Of a stretch of DNA of 64,000 bases, positions 59,591 through 64,000 are shown piece by piece; positions within the stretch are counted from its first letter, which is position 1; each line of letters begins with the position of its first letter. The stretch is from Plasmodiophora brassicae. Taxonomy: Eukaryota. The DNA lies in the NCBI GenBank assembly GCA_036867785.1, contig CP145418.1:372001-436000 (forward strand), in the 5' to 3' direction. A model generated the notes under the pieces. It was not told the origin of the DNA and ran no database searches. It was given only the letters and a program-made list of their open reading frames with translations. Position numbers and translations under genes: made by a program.

Positions 59591-60995
59591 GCAAGGTTCG
59601 CAAATCGATCAGCTCGTACATCAAGATGTATGCGTCGCGGTACACATGCGTCTCGCACGCTTCGTCAACGTCTTCGACTGGTGTCACGGCAGGATCGGCC
59701 ATGTCGTCGAACGAGAACCAATTTCCGTCCGCGTATCTAACGAACGTGATATAATGCCCGGATGTCAACGATCCCCCCAAGTGGCACACCGCTGATTTGA
59801 GCACCAGCATGTACCGGCAATCGTCGACGAATGCCGACGCGTCAATCGTAAATCTGGAGGCGTCGATATAGCAAGGAACTTCGACTCGTGCCCGGTTCTT
59901 GGAACGATCCCACGAATATCGTTTCAGGATAATCGGGATCATCATCGGCGCCTGCTCATCCCATTCCGCGTTTCTGTCTTGACAGATGAAACGATGGACC
60001 TGTTCGTCGGTAAGCACCCTTTCAGGGATCAGGCTTGACGTTGACAGCGCCGTGACATCAACGTCTTCGTGCTCATGCTGCCGTCGTACACGGACGGTGC
60101 CGCCGAAGAGATGCTCGAAAAGGATCTCAGTCAGGGACGAGGTTCCTGTCACTGGGGCCTCGAGGCAACGATCGTGAGACATACGGGCGTCGACGCTGCT
60201 ATCGGCATCGGCGCCATGGTGCAGGGTTTCCGCCATAGCGAGGAACGGGGCATCCAAGGTGTCCAGCAGCCAGCCGAAGAACTCAAAGGCGTCCATCTGC
60301 AGATCGATCTCGTCTGCTGTAAGAAACCTGCAGTCAACGAGCAACAGGCGGAACTCGTGGACGATGGCGCGAGGGACGGAAACGCCAGCGCGAATGATGT
60401 TAACAATCACGAGAAGCAGACGGCGTAGTCGATCACGAGACGAATCGGTCGGGATATGACGCGTTAGCAAAGAATCGTAAGAGGTGTCGGCAGCGAACAT
60501 TGAGAACAGGACGGCGTTTAAATAGCAGGAATTTGTGTCGTGCTGTATGCCTTGCAGCTTGGCGATCTGCGGATCGGCAAGAATACCGAATTCCTCCATC
60601 TGGAACGCGCTCAGAAGATGGATACCAAGGCCGGCATCGCCATCGGATAGAGCCACGATCTTGCGAGCTCGGCTAAGTGACAAGCAGCTGTTCGGATCGT
60701 TCATCTTCGACAAGACCTGCGCGGTGGCCACATCATTCACCTCCGACGTCTCATCAATCCGAAGCTCGCTCAAAAGGTCCGGAGTCGATTGCTCCATCGC
60801 TCCGGCGACGTCGCCGATACACGCCGTCCGAAGCTCGCTCAAAAGGTCCGGAGTCGATTGCTCCATCGCTCCGGCGACGTCGCCGATACACGCCGTCCGA
60901 AGCTCGCTCAAAAGGTCCAGAGTCGATTGCTCCATCGCTCCGGCGACGTCGCCGATACACGCCGATATTACAGCACATAACCCGAAGATGTACAT
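59076..60995 (-). CDS. CYLD-like ubiquitin-specific protease (C19) with predicted signal peptide and tandem repeats
   Basis: Cys box GIQHDTNSCYLNAVLFSMFA, QMDAFEF and His box SGHYITFVRY..WFSFDDMAD; hydrophobic N-terminus MYIFGLCAVISAC; intronless. Confidence 0.88.
   Translation of the reverse strand: MYIFGLCAVISACIGDVAGAMEQSTLDLLSELRTACIGDVAGAMEQSTPDLLSELRTACIGDVAGAMEQSTPDLLSELRIDETSEVNDVATAQVLSKMNDPNSCLSLSRARKIVALSDGDAGLGIHLLSAFQMEEFGILADPQIAKLQGIQHDTNSCYLNAVLFSMFAADTSYDSLLTRHIPTDSSRDRLRRLLLVIVNIIRAGVSVPRAIVHEFRLLLVDCRFLTADEIDLQMDAFEFFGWLLDTLDAPFLAMAETLHHGADADSSVDARMSHDRCLEAPVTGTSSLTEILFEHLFGGTVRVRRQHEHEDVDVTALSTSSLIPERVLTDEQVHRFICQDRNAEWDEQAPMMIPIILKRYSWDRSKNRARVEVPCYIDASRFTIDASAFVDDCRYMLVLKSAVCHLGGSLTSGHYITFVRYADGNWFSFDDMADPAVTPVEDVDEACETHVYRDAYILMYELIDLRTLPDYCQALLREAQNANLLHRQANADISRSFQSGIRQRRRRPRRTGRRPRPDYDQGVLREAQNREDHALAGAWQEHVNADSQESPWPDDGQALPREAPYGEDRASAGLWHEQVSADDQEPTWPDYGQGVLREAPNREDHASAWMWHEYANAESQEPPWQDYLWSGPATWIPES
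60759..60965 (-). repeat. 69-bp (23-aa) coding tandem repeat, three copies
   Basis: Units start at 60759, 60828 and 60897 and encode ACIGDVAGAMEQST[L/P]DLLSELRT. Confidence 0.97.
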
Positions 60996-61249
60996 GGCCG
61001 CCCTGAAACGCGTTCCCAGACGCCTGATTGATCTGCGTGTTGTACCTTCCCAACGGCGATGGTTACCCAACCGTGCGTAATCCTCTGTGTCCTCGACTTC
61101 CAGCTCCCACGAACGCCGTGCGGACTGCGGGCGTGTCCGTCAATCCTTAGGGCGGCCATCCTATACCTAGTCGGCACAGTGTCTTGAATCAGGACTCATG
61201 ACCGCGGCCGCAATTCGGGACAGCCGGAGGGTAAAAAAACTCCGTCGGT

Positions 61250-61420
61250 ACATTCGTAAAGTGCGCCCAGTGCATTCGTAAAACGTGCGTCTGGATTGAT
61301 AGGTTCCAGTGGCTTCGTGAAGTGCGTCAGTGCGTTCGTAAATGTGCGTCCGCACTCCGCCGTCCAGTGCGTTCGTAAAGGTGCGCAGTGCGTTCGTAAA
61401 CTGCGTCAGTTGGTTCGTCC
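61250..61420. repeat. Cluster of short imperfect repeats (CAGTGCGTTCGTAAA-like)
   Basis: About 6-7 copies of TTCGTAAA or variants, interleaved with GTGCG. Confidence 0.8.
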
Positions 61421-61620
61421 AACAGCAACAGGGATGTAAACTGTGACGTTACCTATGGAGGGATCTAAGCGCAAAAGCAACTGAGAAGGGTGGCGACATG
61501 GCACGTGGTGGCAAGAACACAGGAAGCGGCCGTCCTTCGAAAGCTGCTCTGGTGGGTCGTGATCAGCAGGTGAGGCAGCGTGAGGCCGCCTGGCTCAGCT
61601 TCTGTTTGTTGTAGACTGGG

Positions 61621-61670
61621 CCGCCCAACTAGGCCACGAGAGCAGCTGCTCTCGTGGCCTAGTTGGGCGG
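61621..61670. repeat. Perfect 50-bp spacerless palindrome
   Basis: CCGCCCAACTAGGCCACGAGAGCAG followed directly by its exact reverse complement. Confidence 0.97.
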
Positions 61671-62339
61671 TCCGGTACATTAACTGTCAGATATTCGGCC
61701 AGAAGCCAATAGACGTCGGCACGAATCCACCAGTACAATACCTTCAGAATTCGTCGCGCGTGCCAGCATGGACAAGCGAAAAGAACCGAAATGATTTTTC
61801 CATACCTCTGCAGAATCCCTTGGAATACCTCGAACGAGCAGTTCGACGCCTCGCTTCGCTACGTATCAGTAAACGATACTCAGGGACGACTGTACGACAT
61901 GGAGCTAAGCAGCAGCAGCAGCAGCACGACGAACGTTACAAGCGCTGCGACCTTCGATGCGAGCATCTTGCTAAGGCCACCAACGTGGATCCGACGTCCA
62001 TCCTGAAGCTGCGCGGAGCGTACAACCGCTACGTGGCGATCTTCGAGGACAGTGAAGCTCAGCAGCCGCGAGGACGCCGACTTCCCCCTCAAGGCATACG
62101 GCTGTGCTCATGTGTACGATGCGGCGGAACCCACTTCAAGTGATGCCGACTTAAAACCGACCACCGTCCAGGAGATCGAGACGCCTCTCAACAGCCTGAT
62201 ACACCAAGCACGCCTCAATGGCATGTCGCGCCAAGGGGGGTTGCACGCCTTCGACTCATCCTGCGACGACACGTCAACGAGTTCCGCACACAGCTTATTC
62301 AAACGGTCCCGTCAAGATCGAACCCGTGCACGGGTACCC

Positions 62340-62780
62340 AGCTCGAACCAGATGCTACACAGTACCGATGCAGCCCACGTTCGTATAACCCAAAGCAGAA
62401 GGAGATCCTCGACGAGCTGATCAAGATGCTATTGCGAAACAATCTGACCTACCTCATCACGATCTACATCTTCAGATGGGCAAGTCCCGTTCTCCTCGTC
62501 AAGAAACCGGACGGCAAGGGGAATCGCCTATGCGTCGATCTACGATGCCAGGTGAACGCGCGTACAGCCCCAACCGCATGGCCTATGCCAAACATAGAAG
62601 CGGCAAGTCGGAAGCTCGCTGGTATGACCTGGCTCCTCACTATCGACACGCACAAGGGGTTCCGGCTTATGCCCATCGCGAAAGAATGCCAGGAGATCTT
62701 TCGTTTATGACCGACGACGGCGTGTTCACACCTACCAAGAGCATCCAGGGCGCAACCTACTTGGCCATCCCGGTACACCG
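62340..62780 (+). mobile_element. Degenerate Ty3/gypsy reverse-transcriptase fragment
   Basis: WASPVLLVKKPDG..RLCVDLR..VN..T...AWPMPNIE..IDTHKGF, then a frameshift to FMTDDGVFTP. It stops before YxDD. Confidence 0.88.
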
Positions 62781-63208
62781 GGGCACCATTCGATAAGGTT
62801 CTGCCGCAAATGCTGTGTGCGTATCGCCAAACTACTGTAGATATGTACGTCCGGTACCCTGGTTGCCGACCATCAACGCGGGTTCTTGACGATAGGTCTC
62901 GCGAGCATTTCTATCGTATTGCCGTCGACGGCTACCGGTAGGGGGAGTTCGCCAACTTGCGACCCGTTGATGCAAGCGACCAGCGGCGCTTGGCAGAATC
63001 CGATCGCGATTGTCGGTGGCGGGAAAATTGGGTTACCCGCGAGTGCCCGGGGGGTGGTGGCGCGCCGACGGCCAGGCCTGCGCATAAATGTTGGATGCGC
63101 CACTGTGGGGTGAGGTGAGGCGGACGGGATTGCAGTCCGCCGCCTCGGGCGCAGCGCGCGCATTTCATCGCGCGCCCGCCCGTCTCGGCTACGGCTGCAC
63201 ATGCACAA

Positions 63209-64000
63209 ATGGAGAGCCAGGCCGACAACTGCCTGAAATCGACGTCCATACTTGATTCGATGTCGGAAGTCAACCTGACCGCCTACAAGCGCAAGGAGAA
63301 ATCGCTGGCGCTGTTGGCGGCCCGGTTCCTTCGATGCTGTCCATCGCCGTCCGGAGACAGCGTCATCGACCTGAACGCGATGGCAAGCGAACTCGGTGTC
63401 GGAAGACGTCGTTTATACGACATTATCAATATTCGTCAGAAGCGACGTATCGTTGTCTGTTACTGCTCTGACCATCCCCTTCTTCTAGTTGAGACAATCG
63501 GGTGTGCGACTCGCGCCGGGAAGAACAAATACACCTGGAAACCTGATAAGGTCTGTCGCCCAAATTCGTGTTGATCTTCCCGGCGGCTGATGAGCTGAAC
63601 ATCGTCCAGATCAAACAAAAGCTGTCCAGGCTGCGTCATGTGGCGTATCAGCAATCCCGTACCGAAGCCGGAGAGATGCTTGTGAGTGATTTCGTGGCAC
63701 CGGCCCGCTATTGCAAACAATCTCAAGACGTTTTTCAGGCAGGATACCTTCGTGATGGAACGAGGCGATCGTTTTCCTTGGGGCAGCTCTGTGAACGATT
63801 CATTATGTTCCTGCACACCGAACCCGAAGGGATGGCCTCGCTCGAGGCGGTCGCTGACACGCTGTTCCCTGTTCAGGAAGGCAGTGACCCGTCGACATGG
63901 CAGGCCCGGAAGAGCTGCATTCGCCGTCTGTACGACGTTGCTAACGTACTGACTGCTGTCGGCGTCGTGCAGAAGGTGCACTCCTTACAAACACGACGTC
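63209..64000 (+). CDS. Atypical E2F transcription factor (E2F7/8-DEL type, two DNA-binding domains), 3'-truncated by the window
   Basis: RKEKSLALL..LGVGRRRLYDIINILE..GKNKYTW and a second IRRLYDVANVL domain; intron 63435-63488. Confidence 0.9.

Noticed and set aside
61250-61420. Short repeat cluster as CRISPR or telomeric repeats
   Set aside because: The units are short, degenerate and irregularly spaced, and do not match a telomere motif.
61440-62800. Intact LTR retrotransposon
   Set aside because: No paired LTRs or clear primer-binding site; the RT is frameshifted and truncated before the catalytic motif.

Overview
Gene-dense, GC-rich eukaryotic DNA with very short (about 50-70 nt) GT-AG introns. 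This architecture, together with a GH3 auxin-conjugating enzyme, chitin deacetylases and a class C GPCR, suggests a plasmodiophorid plant pathogen such as Plasmodiophora brassicae (inference, not verified). Both ends of the window (about 1.3-5.1 kb and 61-62.8 kb) hold decayed transposon fragments; the left one is arranged as three consecutive inverted-repeat pairs. Housekeeping genes include SUA5, DOLPP1, p23, a DnaJ protein, an ArfGAP, a HUWE1-like HECT ligase, RPL13, RUVBL2, EB1, LST8 and an atypical E2F. The most unusual items are: (1) an intronless PPR protein ending in a plant-editing-type DYW domain whose catalytic HxE glutamate is replaced by valine; (2) a cluster of five divergent paralogous membrane proteins resembling the SARAF/TMEM66 luminal domain; (3) a class C 7TM receptor fused to a Cache-like sensor; (4) a signal-peptide-bearing CYLD-like deubiquitinase with two tandem-repeat arrays; (5) a CH/coiled-coil/polyproline/WH2 actin regulator. 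All calls come from reading motifs by eye; no database searches were run.
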